Virus record (IMG/VR): IMGVR_UViG_3300031825_000017
Coordinates: 1 to 50,870 of that record
Source of the DNA: a virus
Lineage: Duplodnaviria; Caudoviricetes
Length of the DNA stretch: 50,870 nt
Direction: 5' to 3' (one strand)
Shown here: in pieces, positions 35,051-45,258 of the stretch
Numbering within the stretch: the stretch's first letter is position 1
How the letters are laid out: every line of letters begins with the position of its first letter
Notes under the pieces: model-generated
What the model saw: the letters and a program-made list of their open reading frames with translations, nothing else
Told to the model about the DNA's origin: nothing
Databases searched by the model: none
Program-made: the position numbers and the translations under genes

Positions 35051-35434
35051 ATGACACCGAACGACTTCCGAACCAATTTTCCCGAGTTCGCTGACACGGC
35101 GCAGTACCCGGACGCATCTGTCTCGTTCTGGCTGACGGTTGCCGTCCAACTCGTGAACGCTGAACGTTGGGGCCCGCTGACGGACCTTGGCCAGGCGCTT
35201 GTCACCGCGCATCACCTAGTGATCGGCGCTCACGACCAACAAGCGGTCGCCATTGGCGGTGTGCCGGGGAAAATGACCGGTCCGCAATCTTCGAAAACGG
35301 TTGATAAGGTCAGCGGCAGCTACGACACGGGAGCGGCTACGCTCGACAATGGCGGCATCTGGAATCTCACCTCCTATGGGGTGCGGTATCTCACTCTCGC
35401 ACGATCCATAGGCGCCGGGCCGATGCAGTTCTAG
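35051..35434 (+). CDS. Head-tail adaptor (DUF4054)
   Basis: FRTNFPEF, LVTAHHL and WNLTSYGVRY. Confidence 0.85.
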   Translation: MTPNDFRTNFPEFADTAQYPDASVSFWLTVAVQLVNAERWGPLTDLGQALVTAHHLVIGAHDQQAVAIGGVPGKMTGPQSSKTVDKVSGSYDTGAATLDNGGIWNLTSYGVRYLTLARSIGAGPMQF

Positions 35435-35459
35435 CCGGTACACCCATCCGGAGGTCCCC

Positions 35460-35948
35460 ATGGGCAACTCTTTCACGAAAATTGATCGATTGAAGGAAGT
35501 TATTCAGTCGATCAATGGACTCGTTCAGAAGCAGGTACTGGTTGGTGTGCCAGATAGCACCGCCGGGAACCGTGAGGATGGCCAGCCCATCAGCAACGCC
35601 GAGATCGGCTACCTGATGGAGTACGGCTCTCCCGCCAACAACATTCCCGAGCGGCCGCACTTGGTGCCAGGGGTTAGGGATGCAGAGCCGAAATACCTGC
35701 CGCATCTGCGCAAGAGCGCTGAGGCGGCGCTGGATGGTGATCTGGAGATGGCGCAACGCGGCATGGCATCAGCCGGCCTGCAGGCCCAGAACGCCGTGCG
35801 AGCCAAGGTCAATAGCAACATACAGCCCAAACTGGCTGATTCCACGTTGGCTGCGCGCCGACGTCGCGGCGTCACGCGGACCAATACGCTGGTCGATACT
35901 GGCCAGTATCGGAATTCCATCATCTATGTGATACGCAAGAAGGGGTAG
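35460..35948 (+). CDS. Neck/tail completion protein
   Basis: EYGSPANNIPERP and LVDTGQYRNSI. Confidence 0.8.
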   Translation: MGNSFTKIDRLKEVIQSINGLVQKQVLVGVPDSTAGNREDGQPISNAEIGYLMEYGSPANNIPERPHLVPGVRDAEPKYLPHLRKSAEAALDGDLEMAQRGMASAGLQAQNAVRAKVNSNIQPKLADSTLAARRRRGVTRTNTLVDTGQYRNSIIYVIRKKG

Positions 35949-35951
35949 CCC

Positions 35952-36323
35952 ATGGCTTGGCTAGACGTCACAGATGTGCTGACCGACCCCGACTTCATGG
36001 ACGCAGGCCTGACCTGCAACCGTATGGTTCAGACCGTAGGCGAAAACGGGCGCGCCGTGAACACCCCGAGCGCCATCCCCTTCGCCGCGGTCGTGACCAG
36101 TGACAAGGGGGACATCTTGCACCGCAACGAGGATGGGTCTCGCATCCTGGGCTCGATCACGTTGCACACGCCTTTCCGGCTTCTCGATGGTGCGCCGGGT
36201 CAGGATGCCGACGAGATCGTCTGGCAGGGCCGTACCTACACGGTGGTGAGCGTCAACGACTACAGCCACTTCGGACGCGGCTTCGTGGCGGCTACCTGTG
36301 ACCTGAAGCCGCTTTCTGGATGA
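35952..36323 (+). CDS. Head closure protein
   Basis: LDVTDVLTDPDF...DEIVWQGRTY...DYSHFGRGF. Confidence 0.75.
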   Translation: MAWLDVTDVLTDPDFMDAGLTCNRMVQTVGENGRAVNTPSAIPFAAVVTSDKGDILHRNEDGSRILGSITLHTPFRLLDGAPGQDADEIVWQGRTYTVVSVNDYSHFGRGFVAATCDLKPLSG

Positions 36324-36327
36324 CCAC

Positions 36328-36990
36328 ATGAACGACAGTTCAACCGGAGGCTACCTAGCGCCATCCGTCGCGGCGCCGCCGGCCGAGGACGATGCGCTTG
36401 ACGATCTGCTGCAGATGATGGTGTGCGGCATCACTGGACTCGACGGCAGCCTGGTGCGCCCGCGCTGGCAGCCGACTGTTCCGAAACAGCCGGAACCCAG
36501 CGTGAACTGGTGTGCGCTCGGCGTCTCCGTACAGACGAACGACGCCGGCCCAGCCATTCGGCATGAAGGGTCGTTCCTCGACAACGTGATCGTCGAAGGC
36601 GGGACGGAGGTTGTCATGGACAGTGGCCCGGTCCTGTTCAGTGATGGCGATGGCCGGGACACCTACATCCGACACCAGGACATCGAGTTGCTGTGTTCGT
36701 TCTACGGGCCCAGTGCCAAGGGTTATGTCCAACGGTTGGCGGATGGCATGAGCATTCCGCAGAATCACGAGCAACTCGGCCAAGACGACATGGCGTTCGT
36801 CAGCGCGAGCGAGATCCGCGCTGCGTCCGACCTGGTCAACCAGCAGTGGGTGCGGCGCTACGACATGACGATTTACCTGCGCCGCAAGATCAGCCGCACG
36901 TATCCTGTGCTGAATTTGCGTTCAGCACAGGCATCCACCACAACGGACAGTTCGCCGCCAATCGGCGGCACTGTCGATGCCAGCCCTTGA
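36328..36990 (+). CDS. Tail terminator/neck protein
   Basis: GITGL..SLVRPRWQ, SFYGP and WVRRYD; directly upstream of the sheath. Confidence 0.75.
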   Translation: MNDSSTGGYLAPSVAAPPAEDDALDDLLQMMVCGITGLDGSLVRPRWQPTVPKQPEPSVNWCALGVSVQTNDAGPAIRHEGSFLDNVIVEGGTEVVMDSGPVLFSDGDGRDTYIRHQDIELLCSFYGPSAKGYVQRLADGMSIPQNHEQLGQDDMAFVSASEIRAASDLVNQQWVRRYDMTIYLRRKISRTYPVLNLRSAQASTTTDSSPPIGGTVDASP

Positions 36991-37014
36991 GCCGGCACGA
37001 ATGACCACCCAGAG

Positions 37015-37038
37015 GCCCCGCCACGTGCGGGGCTTTTT
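37015..37038 (+). terminator. Intrinsic terminator-like hairpin
   Basis: GCCCCGC-CACGT-GCGGGGC-TTTTT. Confidence 0.7.
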
Positions 37039-37058
37039 CATATCGACGAGGGATGACC

Positions 37059-38534
37059 ATGTCCAACGGACTGCCGGTATCGCGGCTGATCAACGTCACC
37101 ATCAATATGTCGCCGCTGGCGGCGCAAGGTGCCAACCTGAATACTGCGCTGCTGCTCGGCGCATCGACCGTCATCGATACCAACGAGCGCATGCGGTCAT
37201 ACGGCCTGATCGACGACGTCGCTGGCGACTTTGGCACGTCGGCACCCGAGTACCTTGCTGCGCTACTGTATTTTCAGCAAACGCCTCAGCCTTCGCAGCT
37301 CTACATCGGCCGCTGGGCGAAGACGGCGACGGCTGGCCTGGTGCGTGGCGCGGTGCTGTCGGCTGCCCAGAAGGACATCACGGCCTGGAAAGCGGTGACT
37401 GCCGGCGGCTTCAAGATCACGGTGGACGCCACGCTCAAGACGCTGTCCGGGCTGGATTTCTCCAGCGTGACGAACCTTAACGGCGTGGCCAGCATCATTC
37501 AGACGGCGTTGGCCGGCGCGACTTGCGTGTGGAACGGCTCACAGTTCGTCGTGTCGTCTCCGACCACGGGCGCCTCGTCGAAGGTCAGCTATGCGACGGC
37601 GCCAGCCAGTGGGACCGATATCTCGGCGATGCTTGGCCTCACGAGCGGCCTGGCGTCGGTGCCGGTGGACGGCATTGTGGCTGAGGCGCCCGATGCATGT
37701 GTGGCGCTGTTCCTGGATCGCTTCGCAAACAAGTTCCTCGGCCTTCAGTTCGCCGATACCGGCGTCACCGACGACCAGCACGCGGCCGTGGCTGCGCTGA
37801 TCGAGGCGGATCAGCGTCATCTGTACGGGATCACGACGCAGGCGCCTCAGGTCCTGGACCCAACCAGCACGAGCGATATCGCCAGTCGGCTGAAAGCGCT
37901 TGGCTACAAGTATTCGTTCGTGCAATTTTCGAGCAGTAGCCCGTACGCCGCGGCGTCGCTGTTCGGTCGGTTGCTGACCACGAACTTCGATGCCAACAAC
38001 ACCACGATCACCCTGATGTACAAGCAGGAACCCGGGATCGGGCCGGATGAACTGACGAGCACCCAGGCCAACACGCTGCAAGACAAGCGCTGCAACGTGT
38101 TCGTCGAGTACGACAACGACACGGCCATCGTGCAGTATGGTGCGACGCCGAGCGGCATCTTCATCGACTCGATTTACAACGCGATCTGGTTCCGGAATCG
38201 CATCCAGACAGACGTCTACAACCTGCTGTACCAGAGCCCGACGAAGATCCCGCAGACCGACGCCGGCAACGCGTTGATCGCAACGGCCATCGAGGGGGCC
38301 TGCGAGGCAGCGGTGAACAACGGCTACCTGGCGCCGGGTGTCTGGAACTCGGGCGGCTTCGGCGCGCTGAAGCAGGGCGACACGCTGGCCAAGGGCTACT
38401 ACGTCTACACGCCGCCGATCTCGCAGCAGTCGCAGGCCGATCGCGAGGCGCGCAAGTCGGTGCCGTTCCAGGTGGCGGCAAAGGAGGCTGGCGCCATCCA
38501 CTCTGTCGACATCATCGTTAACGTGAACCGGTAA
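37059..38534 (+). CDS. Tail sheath (DUF3383)
   Basis: About 490 aa; [27 protein letters not shown] and QSQADREAR. Confidence 0.9.
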   Translation: MSNGLPVSRLINVTINMSPLAAQGANLNTALLLGASTVIDTNERMRSYGLIDDVAGDFGTSAPEYLAALLYFQQTPQPSQLYIGRWAKTATAGLVRGAVLSAAQKDITAWKAVTAGGFKITVDATLKTLSGLDFSSVTNLNGVASIIQTALAGATCVWNGSQFVVSSPTTGASSKVSYATAPASGTDISAMLGLTSGLASVPVDGIVAEAPDACVALFLDRFANKFLGLQFADTGVTDDQHAAVAALIEADQRHLYGITTQAPQVLDPTSTSDIASRLKALGYKYSFVQFSSSSPYAAASLFGRLLTTNFDANNTTITLMYKQEPGIGPDELTSTQANTLQDKRCNVFVEYDNDTAIVQYGATPSGIFIDSIYNAIWFRNRIQTDVYNLLYQSPTKIPQTDAGNALIATAIEGACEAAVNNGYLAPGVWNSGGFGALKQGDTLAKGYYVYTPPISQQSQADREARKSVPFQVAAKEAGAIHSVDIIVNVNR

Positions 38535-38549
38535 TCGGAGCGGAACAAC

Positions 38550-38990
38550 ATGAGCACGTATTCCTTTATGGACGTTCAGGCGTCCATCGTTGGCCCTGGT
38601 GGCGCATTTTCTCTGGGCTATGGCGAGGCCGCTGCCGAAGAAGGCATCACCATTGCTACGGGCGCCGACAAGAACACCATGACTATCGGCGCGGACGGCG
38701 AGGGCATGCACAGCCTCCATGCGGACAAGTCCGGCCAGGTGACGTTACGGTACCTGAAGACGGCGCCGGTCAATGCGCTGCTGCAGGCGCTGTACGACGC
38801 CCAGACGCTCGATAGTCGGCTGCACGGGAAGAACCTGATCACGGTCACGCAGTCAGCGAGCGGTGATGTCACCGCGGCGCGCAGCTGCGCTTTCAAGAAA
38901 AAGCCAGATCTGAGGTACGCCAAGGATGGCGATATCGTGGAGTGGGTCTTCGACGCGATCAAGATCGACACCATCCTGGGCACCTACTAA
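38550..38990 (+). CDS. Tail tube (DUF3277)
   Basis: NTMTIGADGEGMHSL; follows the sheath. Confidence 0.88.
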   Translation: MSTYSFMDVQASIVGPGGAFSLGYGEAAAEEGITIATGADKNTMTIGADGEGMHSLHADKSGQVTLRYLKTAPVNALLQALYDAQTLDSRLHGKNLITVTQSASGDVTAARSCAFKKKPDLRYAKDGDIVEWVFDAIKIDTILGTY

Positions 38991-38992
38991 CC

Positions 38993-39451
38993 ATGGCACT
39001 CGAAATCGAACTGAACGGCAACCGCTATTCGATCGGCCGCCTGAGCGCGATGCAGCAGTTCCACGTGTCGCGCCGGATTGCCCCGATCATCCCGACGCTG
39101 ATCCCGGTATTCATGCGCATGCGCGAGAAAGGTATCGAGGGTTCGGGGTTGGCCGACCTGGATGGCCTCGCAGCAGCACTGCAGCCCCTGGCCGATGGCC
39201 TGGCAGCGCTCAAGGACGAGGATGCCGAGTATGTGCTCGGAACCTGCATGTCAGCAGTGCAGCGCCAGCAAGAAACCGGATGGGCCCGTGTCTGGGCACT
39301 CGAGCAGAAACGCGCGATGTTTCAGGACATCGGCATCGAGACCATGCTTCCGCTGGCTGTCCGTGTCATCACAGAGAACCTCGGCCCTTTTATCAGCGGG
39401 CTGCTTACCGGCCAAGCGAGCAGCCCGGCACCGGCAGCACCAGTTGGCTGA
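38993..39451 (+). CDS. Tail assembly chaperone (G-like)
   Basis: Lies between the tube and the tape measure gene. Confidence 0.8.
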   Translation: MALEIELNGNRYSIGRLSAMQQFHVSRRIAPIIPTLIPVFMRMREKGIEGSGLADLDGLAAALQPLADGLAALKDEDAEYVLGTCMSAVQRQQETGWARVWALEQKRAMFQDIGIETMLPLAVRVITENLGPFISGLLTGQASSPAPAAPVG

Positions 39452-39636
39452 AATCGCTGCCCGGCGGCGAGGACTGGCTGATGGCGCCCGTGTTGGAGGG
39501 GATGTGCAAGTTCGAGTCATTGAAGGACGGCACCATCGGGTTGGAAGACATTGCCTTGATGCACGACGCACTGGCCGTCAGGGCCGACAACCAGGCCGAA
39601 GCACGCCGCAGGATGGAAGAAAAGCATGGCCAATAG
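39385..39636 (+). CDS. Tail assembly chaperone GT extension via -1 frameshift
   Basis: C CCT TTT slippery heptamer in frame; the -1 frame stays open to 39636 (LPGGEDWLMAPV...SLKDGTI). Confidence 0.7.
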   Translation, partial: PFYQRAAYRPSEQPGTGSTSWLKSLPGGEDWLMAPVLEGMCKFESLKDGTIGLEDIALMHDALAVRADNQAEARRRMEEKHGQ

Positions 39637-41392
39637 CACCGTCATCCGCGAATTCCTGGTGGCGCTCGGCTTCAAGGTCGACGAGAAAGGTCTGAAAAAC
39701 TTCACTACTGGGGTGGAGAAGGCCACAAAGGGCGTTACGCAGTTGGTAGCGAGCATTCAGGGTGCATCGCTCGCCGTGGCCGCCGGCGTGTCAGCATTTG
39801 CCTCGAAGCTCGAGGCGCTGTACTTCGTTGGGCAGAGAACCGGGGCAACCACGACGAGCCTGAAGGCACTGGAATATGCTGCGCGCAACTTGGGCATCTC
39901 GTCGCAGGATGCCTTCGGAGCCGTCGAGAATCTGGCTCGTTTCCTGCGCAACAACCCGGCCGGCGAGGGCTATCTCGCAAGTCTTGGCGTGCAGACAAGA
40001 AATGCCAGCGGCGAGTTGCGCGACACTGTCGACATCCTTTCGGACGTCGGGGCCGAACTCGCGAAGCGGCCGACTTGGTTGGCGAGCCAGTACGGCAACA
40101 TCTTGGGCATCCCCGAGAATCTGTTGCTTGCAATGCGCAACGGCGACTTCGCCAAGTTCATGCAGCAGTACCGCGAGATGTCGCGGGGCAGTGGTCTGGA
40201 CAAGGCCGCCAATGATGCCCACGCGTTCATGATCGCTCTGCGCGATCTCTGGACGACGTTCGAGAACTTCGCCATCCGAGTGGAAGGGGTGCTGCTGAAG
40301 AAGATCGGCCCGCAGCTCGAGCGATTCCAGAAATGGTTTGCAGAGCATGAGCCAGAGATCGCGGATCGGATCGGTGATATCGCCGTAGCGCTGTTAGCGG
40401 CTGCCGCCGCCATGGGACCGCCTCTGTCATGGTTGGTCGACAAGTTCATCGAACTGGATCGTGCAACCGACGGCTGGTCGACGAAGATCGGGCTGGCTCT
40501 TGGGCTATTCACCGCCTTCGGCGGTGCGAGCCTTATCGGTGGGATCTGGAAGATGGTCGCAGCCCTTCGGGCGATGTCTTTGGCTACGGCCGCTGTTGGC
40601 ACTGCAGCAACTGCAGCGGGCGCGGCTACCGCAGGGGCAAATGTGGCTGGCGCCGCCGGCGCAGGCGCGGCAGCAGGCGTCGGGGCCGGCGCAGGCGCGG
40701 CAGCAGGTTGGCTGTCACGTTTGCTTCCATGGTTGAGTCGTGCTGCTGGTGCCGCCGGCCTCCTGTTCTACAGCGGTGGGCTGAACAATGGCGAGGAAGC
40801 TGAACTGGCGCGGCGTCGGGCTGGTTCCGGAAAGGTCGGCGGTCCAGCTACAGCATCCGCGGAAGATCCACCGCGAAATGCGGTCGATGCGGTGAGTTTC
40901 TTCCAGCGCATGGGCTGGACGAAAGAGCAGGCGGCCGGCATCGTCGCGAACCTGCACGCGGAGAGCAATCTCAACCCTCGCGCGGTGGGCGACAACGGCC
41001 AGGCCATCGGCGTTGCACAGTGGCATCCGGATCGCCAGTCCAATTTCAAGGCGTGGGCAGGAAAGGACATCCGCGAGTCCTCGCTGATGGAACAGCTGCA
41101 ATTCGTCAACTACGAGCTGACCCAGGGCGCTGAGCGGCGCGCTGGCGCTTTGCTTCGTGCTGCGCAGAACGCGCAGCAGGCTGGCGAGATCGTGTCTCGG
41201 TACTACGAACGACCTGCCTTGGCTGATGCCGAGGCGTCACGCCGTGGAGCAGGGGCGGTGCAGATTGCCCAGGACATCAAGATCGACGTGCGCGGTGTGG
41301 ACGATCCTGTGGCCGCTGCCAATGAGGTGCGCCGTCAGCAGAGCGACCTCAATGCCGATATGGTCAGGAACCTACAAGGGGCAATCTCGTGA
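39626..41392 (+). CDS. Tape measure protein with C-terminal phage tail lysozyme domain
   Basis: IREFLVALGF start, Ala-rich helices, AAGIVANLHAESNLNPRAVGDNGQAIGVAQWH..R...QLQF..YEL...YERP. Confidence 0.9.
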   Translation: MANSTVIREFLVALGFKVDEKGLKNFTTGVEKATKGVTQLVASIQGASLAVAAGVSAFASKLEALYFVGQRTGATTTSLKALEYAARNLGISSQDAFGAVENLARFLRNNPAGEGYLASLGVQTRNASGELRDTVDILSDVGAELAKRPTWLASQYGNILGIPENLLLAMRNGDFAKFMQQYREMSRGSGLDKAANDAHAFMIALRDLWTTFENFAIRVEGVLLKKIGPQLERFQKWFAEHEPEIADRIGDIAVALLAAAAAMGPPLSWLVDKFIELDRATDGWSTKIGLALGLFTAFGGASLIGGIWKMVAALRAMSLATAAVGTAATAAGAATAGANVAGAAGAGAAAGVGAGAGAAAGWLSRLLPWLSRAAGAAGLLFYSGGLNNGEEAELARRRAGSGKVGGPATASAEDPPRNAVDAVSFFQRMGWTKEQAAGIVANLHAESNLNPRAVGDNGQAIGVAQWHPDRQSNFKAWAGKDIRESSLMEQLQFVNYELTQGAERRAGALLRAAQNAQQAGEIVSRYYERPALADAEASRRGAGAVQIAQDIKIDVRGVDDPVAAANEVRRQQSDLNADMVRNLQGAIS

Positions 41393-41973
41393 GTCTGCTG
41401 GACATGGTACTGATCTCGTCCAAGTCGATCGGCGACATCACTGTCGCCGTGTCGATCGAGGAGACCGCCACGGACGAATTGACAATCACCGAGCATCCGG
41501 TCGAGCTTGGCGCCGAGATCAGCGACCATGCCTTCAAACGGCCCGCGGAACTGGTGATGAAGTGCGGCTGGTCCAACGCGGACTATGCCGCGCTGATTGG
41601 CGTCTTCCAGGCACTGTTCAACGGCCAGTTGCCCACGGCTGACTACGTCAATTCGGTCTATTCGCAGTTGCTGGCGTTGCAGGCCACGCGCAGGCCGTTC
41701 ACGGTTGTGAGCAGCCGGCTCACCTATCCGAACATGCTGCTGAAGGGATTAACGGTCGTGACAGACCAGAAGACCTCGGCCACGCTGATGGTGACTGCCT
41801 CGCTGCGCGAGGTGATCATCGTCAACACACAGGTGACCACATTGCCGCCGCGGGAGAGTCAAGCGAACCCGCAGGCCACGGCGGAGACCGTCATCGCAGG
41901 CGTGAAGTCGGCGATTCCAGCAATCCCGGCACCCGGCGGCATCATCCCGCCGACGGCATGGGGCAGCCTATGA
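41389..41973 (+). CDS. Tail/baseplate initiator (Dit-like)
   Basis: ITEHPVELGAEISDHA motif. Confidence 0.8.
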   Translation: MSLLDMVLISSKSIGDITVAVSIEETATDELTITEHPVELGAEISDHAFKRPAELVMKCGWSNADYAALIGVFQALFNGQLPTADYVNSVYSQLLALQATRRPFTVVSSRLTYPNMLLKGLTVVTDQKTSATLMVTASLREVIIVNTQVTTLPPRESQANPQATAETVIAGVKSAIPAIPAPGGIIPPTAWGSL

Positions 41974-42281
41974 ATTATTTCGAGATCCCGCTGTCGCCGG
42001 ATCCGCAAACGTTCTCCATCACGCTGAGTGGCATCGACTATCGCCTGACCGTCCAATACCGGTCGGCGGGCGGAGCAGGGTGGGTGCTGGACATTGCGGA
42101 TGCCAATGACAATCTGCTCGTTGGAGGAATTCCGCTGGTGACTGGCGTGAATCTTCTGGGTCAATACGGGTATCTGGGCTTCGGTGGGCGGCTCTGGGTG
42201 CAAGGGGCGGCAAATCCTGACGACGTGCCGACGTTCGATGACTTGGGCGTCGGGTCGCATGTTTTCTGGGTAACGGACTGA
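41970..42281 (+). CDS. Baseplate protein
   Basis: GIPLVTGVNLLGQY motif. Confidence 0.75.
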   Translation: MNYFEIPLSPDPQTFSITLSGIDYRLTVQYRSAGGAGWVLDIADANDNLLVGGIPLVTGVNLLGQYGYLGFGGRLWVQGAANPDDVPTFDDLGVGSHVFWVTD

Positions 42282-43579
42282 TGAGCACGCCGCAATACCT
42301 CCGCAAAGCCTCGCTGATCATCGGTCAGGCCGCAGGCGATGCGCTTGACCTGTCGGCGCTGCGATTTGTCTTCGACGTACGCCGCGGCGACCTGCAGACA
42401 CCAAACTCGGCGCGCGTGCGTGTCTTCAACGTAGGGCCGATGACGGCGCAGCGGGTCCAGAAGGAATTCACGCGCCTGGTGCTGCAGGCAGGCTACGAGG
42501 GCAACTACGGCATCATCTTCGATGGCAACATCAAGCAAGTTCGCCGCGGCCGCGTCAGCCAGACCGATACCTACCTGGACATCACGGCGGCCGATGGCGA
42601 TTCGGCCTACAACTTCGCCGTGGTGAACGCCACACTGGCCGCCGGCTCGACATCGGCGGATCACGTCGCGGCCGCCTGCACGGCCATGAACCCCTACGGC
42701 GTAAGTCTGGGTTATGCCCCGTGGGGCAAGCCGGCGCAGGCGAAGCCGACGGCGGACGACATTGCTGCGCAACAGGCGGCGGTGGACGCGGCGAGGAAGA
42801 CGGTAGACGACAACACCAACAAGGCTTCCGACCTTGTCAGCCAGGGAATTCAGCTTCGCAAGCAGGGAGATGCGGCGGCAGCGGCGGGGGATTCCGCTGC
42901 TGCGCGTCAGTATTACCTACAGGCGAAGGCGTTGAATGACCAGGCCGGCTCGGTGCTGACCGGCGTCAACAAGGTGGATCTGCCTCGCTACAACAGCGAA
43001 CTCGACAAGCTCAAGGCGATGAAAGAGGCTGCGGCGCAGCCGGATACGCCGTCGGCCGCCATGTCGGGCCTACCGCGGGGCAAGGTGATGTTCGGCATGG
43101 CGCGCGACTTCATGCGCTCGACAGCAAAGAGCACGCAGACGGTCTGGAGTATCCAGGACGGAAAGGTGGTGCTGGTGCCGGAGACGTCTTACAAGCCTGG
43201 TGATATCCCGGTAGTTACGGCAGCCACCGGCATGGTGGGTCTGCCAGAGCAGACCCAGAACGGCATCAGGGTGAAGATGCTGCTCAATCCGAACGTGAAG
43301 ATCAGCCAGTTGATCCATTTGGACAACGCCAGCATCCAGCGATTCGAGTTCAGCCTGAACGTAGGTCAGCAGGCTGAAATGGAGCGCGTGGGGCTGCAGA
43401 ACAAGCTGCAGGACGATGGCTTCTACTACGTCATGGTGGCCGAGCACACCGGCGACACCCGGGGTAACGACTGGTACACCGAGGTCATCTGCCTGGCGGC
43501 GGATGTGACCTCGATTCCGAAATCCTTCCTGCAGCAACAGGATGTTCCCCCGGACAACGTGATCAAGCCCTTCGGTTAG
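42281..43579 (+). CDS. Baseplate hub protein with an internal helical insertion
   Basis: LQAGYEGN.GIIF.G, AADGD.AY, LPRGKVMFG, WSIQDG, TGMVGLPEQT and GDTRGNDWY. Confidence 0.85.
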   Translation: MSTPQYLRKASLIIGQAAGDALDLSALRFVFDVRRGDLQTPNSARVRVFNVGPMTAQRVQKEFTRLVLQAGYEGNYGIIFDGNIKQVRRGRVSQTDTYLDITAADGDSAYNFAVVNATLAAGSTSADHVAAACTAMNPYGVSLGYAPWGKPAQAKPTADDIAAQQAAVDAARKTVDDNTNKASDLVSQGIQLRKQGDAAAAAGDSAAARQYYLQAKALNDQAGSVLTGVNKVDLPRYNSELDKLKAMKEAAAQPDTPSAAMSGLPRGKVMFGMARDFMRSTAKSTQTVWSIQDGKVVLVPETSYKPGDIPVVTAATGMVGLPEQTQNGIRVKMLLNPNVKISQLIHLDNASIQRFEFSLNVGQQAEMERVGLQNKLQDDGFYYVMVAEHTGDTRGNDWYTEVICLAADVTSIPKSFLQQQDVPPDNVIKPFG

Positions 43580-44394
43580 CGCATCGAATCGTGATATTTC
43601 CGCACGTTCTCGATGTACTTGCTCATTGACATAGCGGGACCGATGACCTCGGCCGATCCATCAGCCTTGATCATCGCCTCTTGATATGACGTGAGCGAAC
43701 CGGATCGGATGTCTCCGAACTTTGTAATGGTGACTATCTTGTCGTCGGTCGGGCTTAGAACCTTCCCCCAACAACCGCCAACCAGGCCCATGCCAAGTAG
43801 GAATTCGGCTTTCTTCATGTTGCGGGCGTTCGCGACGGGAAGATCGCAGGGCCGAGACGGATACAGCAAGGAAATCATGGCTGCGCGGGGAATTACGGCC
43901 GAGCCAGTCACAGAAGGAGCCTCCACGAGCGCTACTTTCCCAGTCGTCGATGGGTCGAAGGATTTCATGCTCGCGGCCTCGGTCCGCTCGGCCTGACCTC
44001 GCATGTATGCGGGTTCAACGACGGGTTCGCGGTATTCGGAGATGCCAGTTAGAACGCACGTCGGCTGCGGTTGCGATTTCAAGACTTTTATCTCGCACTG
44101 CGCCGAGACGGCGCCAATCGATGACGAGGTGACGGCGGAGGCAACGGAATCGTCTTTCGGGTCGATGATGAAGGACTCCGGCGAATTTTGACCGGGCCTG
44201 GTAATTACGAACGACCTCGGTGTGAGAAAGTAAGCCTTCCTCTGGACAACCATCCCATCCTGAACGCCAAATGTGGACCCCAATCGGATGCTCCCAATCA
44301 TGGTCACATGCTCTCCATCTTGGACGAGCGTTGGCTCTACCGCGTGAGCACTCAGTGATGCAACCGCAGCAAACGCCAAAATAATTTTCTTCAT
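43576..44394 (-). CDS. Secreted protein, antisense moron in the tail operon
   Basis: Sec signal peptide MKKIILAFAAVASLSAHA; lower GC than its neighbours. Confidence 0.75.
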   Translation of the reverse strand: MKKIILAFAAVASLSAHAVEPTLVQDGEHVTMIGSIRLGSTFGVQDGMVVQRKAYFLTPRSFVITRPGQNSPESFIIDPKDDSVASAVTSSSIGAVSAQCEIKVLKSQPQPTCVLTGISEYREPVVEPAYMRGQAERTEAASMKSFDPSTTGKVALVEAPSVTGSAVIPRAAMISLLYPSRPCDLPVANARNMKKAEFLLGMGLVGGCWGKVLSPTDDKIVTITKFGDIRSGSLTSYQEAMIKADGSAEVIGPAMSMSKYIENVRKYHDSMR

Positions 44395-44403
44395 AGCAAC
44401 CCC

Positions 44404-45120
44404 ATGGACAGACGAGAGCGAGTAGGCGATCCCGAGGAAGCTATTCGGGAAGCGTTCGATGGGATGCGTGCCGGGCTGTGGACCGCGCTGCCAGGCACCA
44501 TCGAGAGCTTCGATGCCGAGGCGATGACCTGTACCGTCCAGCCAGGGCTCAAGATGCTCGTGCGCGGCCAGGACGGCACCATAACCAGCATGGCCCTGCC
44601 GCTGCTGGTCGACTGCCCGGTGCATTTCCCATCTGGCGGGAATTGTACGCTGACATTTCCTGTCACCCGGGGAGACGAATGCCTGGTGGTATTCGCCTCG
44701 CGCTGCATCGACGCCTGGTGGCAATCTGGCGGCGTGCAAGAGCAGGCCGAGCTGCGAATGCACGACTTGTCGGACGGATTTGCCTTTGTGGGCTTCCGAT
44801 CCAGGCCGCGCGCGCTGGCCGCGGTGAGCACGGGCACCGCACAACTACGCAGTGACGACGGCGAAACATACGTGGACCTGGATCCAGCCGGCCAGATTGT
44901 CAAGGTCAAGGCTCCCGGCGGCATGGTGCTGGACACACCGACAGTGACGGTAACTGGCGTGATGGATATCCAGAACGCCGACAGTGCGCCCACGGCATTT
45001 GCGATCAACGGCAAGACGCAGTTCAGCGGTCAGGTCTGGGCGAACGGAAAACGCATCGACGAGACACACAACCACAACGGCGTGCAGCCTGGCAGCGGAA
45101 ATAGCGGCGACGTCAACTAG
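44404..45120 (+). CDS. Baseplate spike (gp138/gpV-like)
   Basis: LTFPV..GDECLVVFASRCIDAWW, RMHDLSD and C-terminal HxH (THNH). Confidence 0.9.
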   Translation: MDRRERVGDPEEAIREAFDGMRAGLWTALPGTIESFDAEAMTCTVQPGLKMLVRGQDGTITSMALPLLVDCPVHFPSGGNCTLTFPVTRGDECLVVFASRCIDAWWQSGGVQEQAELRMHDLSDGFAFVGFRSRPRALAAVSTGTAQLRSDDGETYVDLDPAGQIVKVKAPGGMVLDTPTVTVTGVMDIQNADSAPTAFAINGKTQFSGQVWANGKRIDETHNHNGVQPGSGNSGDVN

Positions 45121-45141
45121 AACCCATCACATCGAATCTCG

Positions 45142-45163
45142 ACCCGCCCGTGTGGCGGGTTTT
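45142..45163 (+). terminator. Intrinsic terminator
   Basis: ACCCGCC-CGTGT-GGCGGGT-TTTT. Confidence 0.75.
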
Positions 45164-45171
45164 TGCTTTGC

Positions 45172-45252
45172 GCTGCGGATAGGCCGACGGGCCGAACACA
45201 CGCTTCCCTGGGCGTGCTTCCGCAGCCCCTCATCTCCAGGGCTGCTCAGGGG
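45172..45252 (+). ncRNA. Putative three-way-junction leader RNA (c4-antisense-like) upstream of rha
   Basis: Closing stem GCTGCGGA/TCCGCAGC around hairpins GGCC-GACG-GGCC and CACGC-TTCCCTGG-GCGTG; the loop is complementary to downstream CCAGGG and CAGGG. Confidence 0.55.
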
Positions 45253-45258
45253 TTCCCG

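Noticed and set aside
40651-40708. Short direct repeat (GAGAAAG twice) in the tape measure gene
   Set aside because: An ordinary low-complexity Ala/Gly linker duplication.
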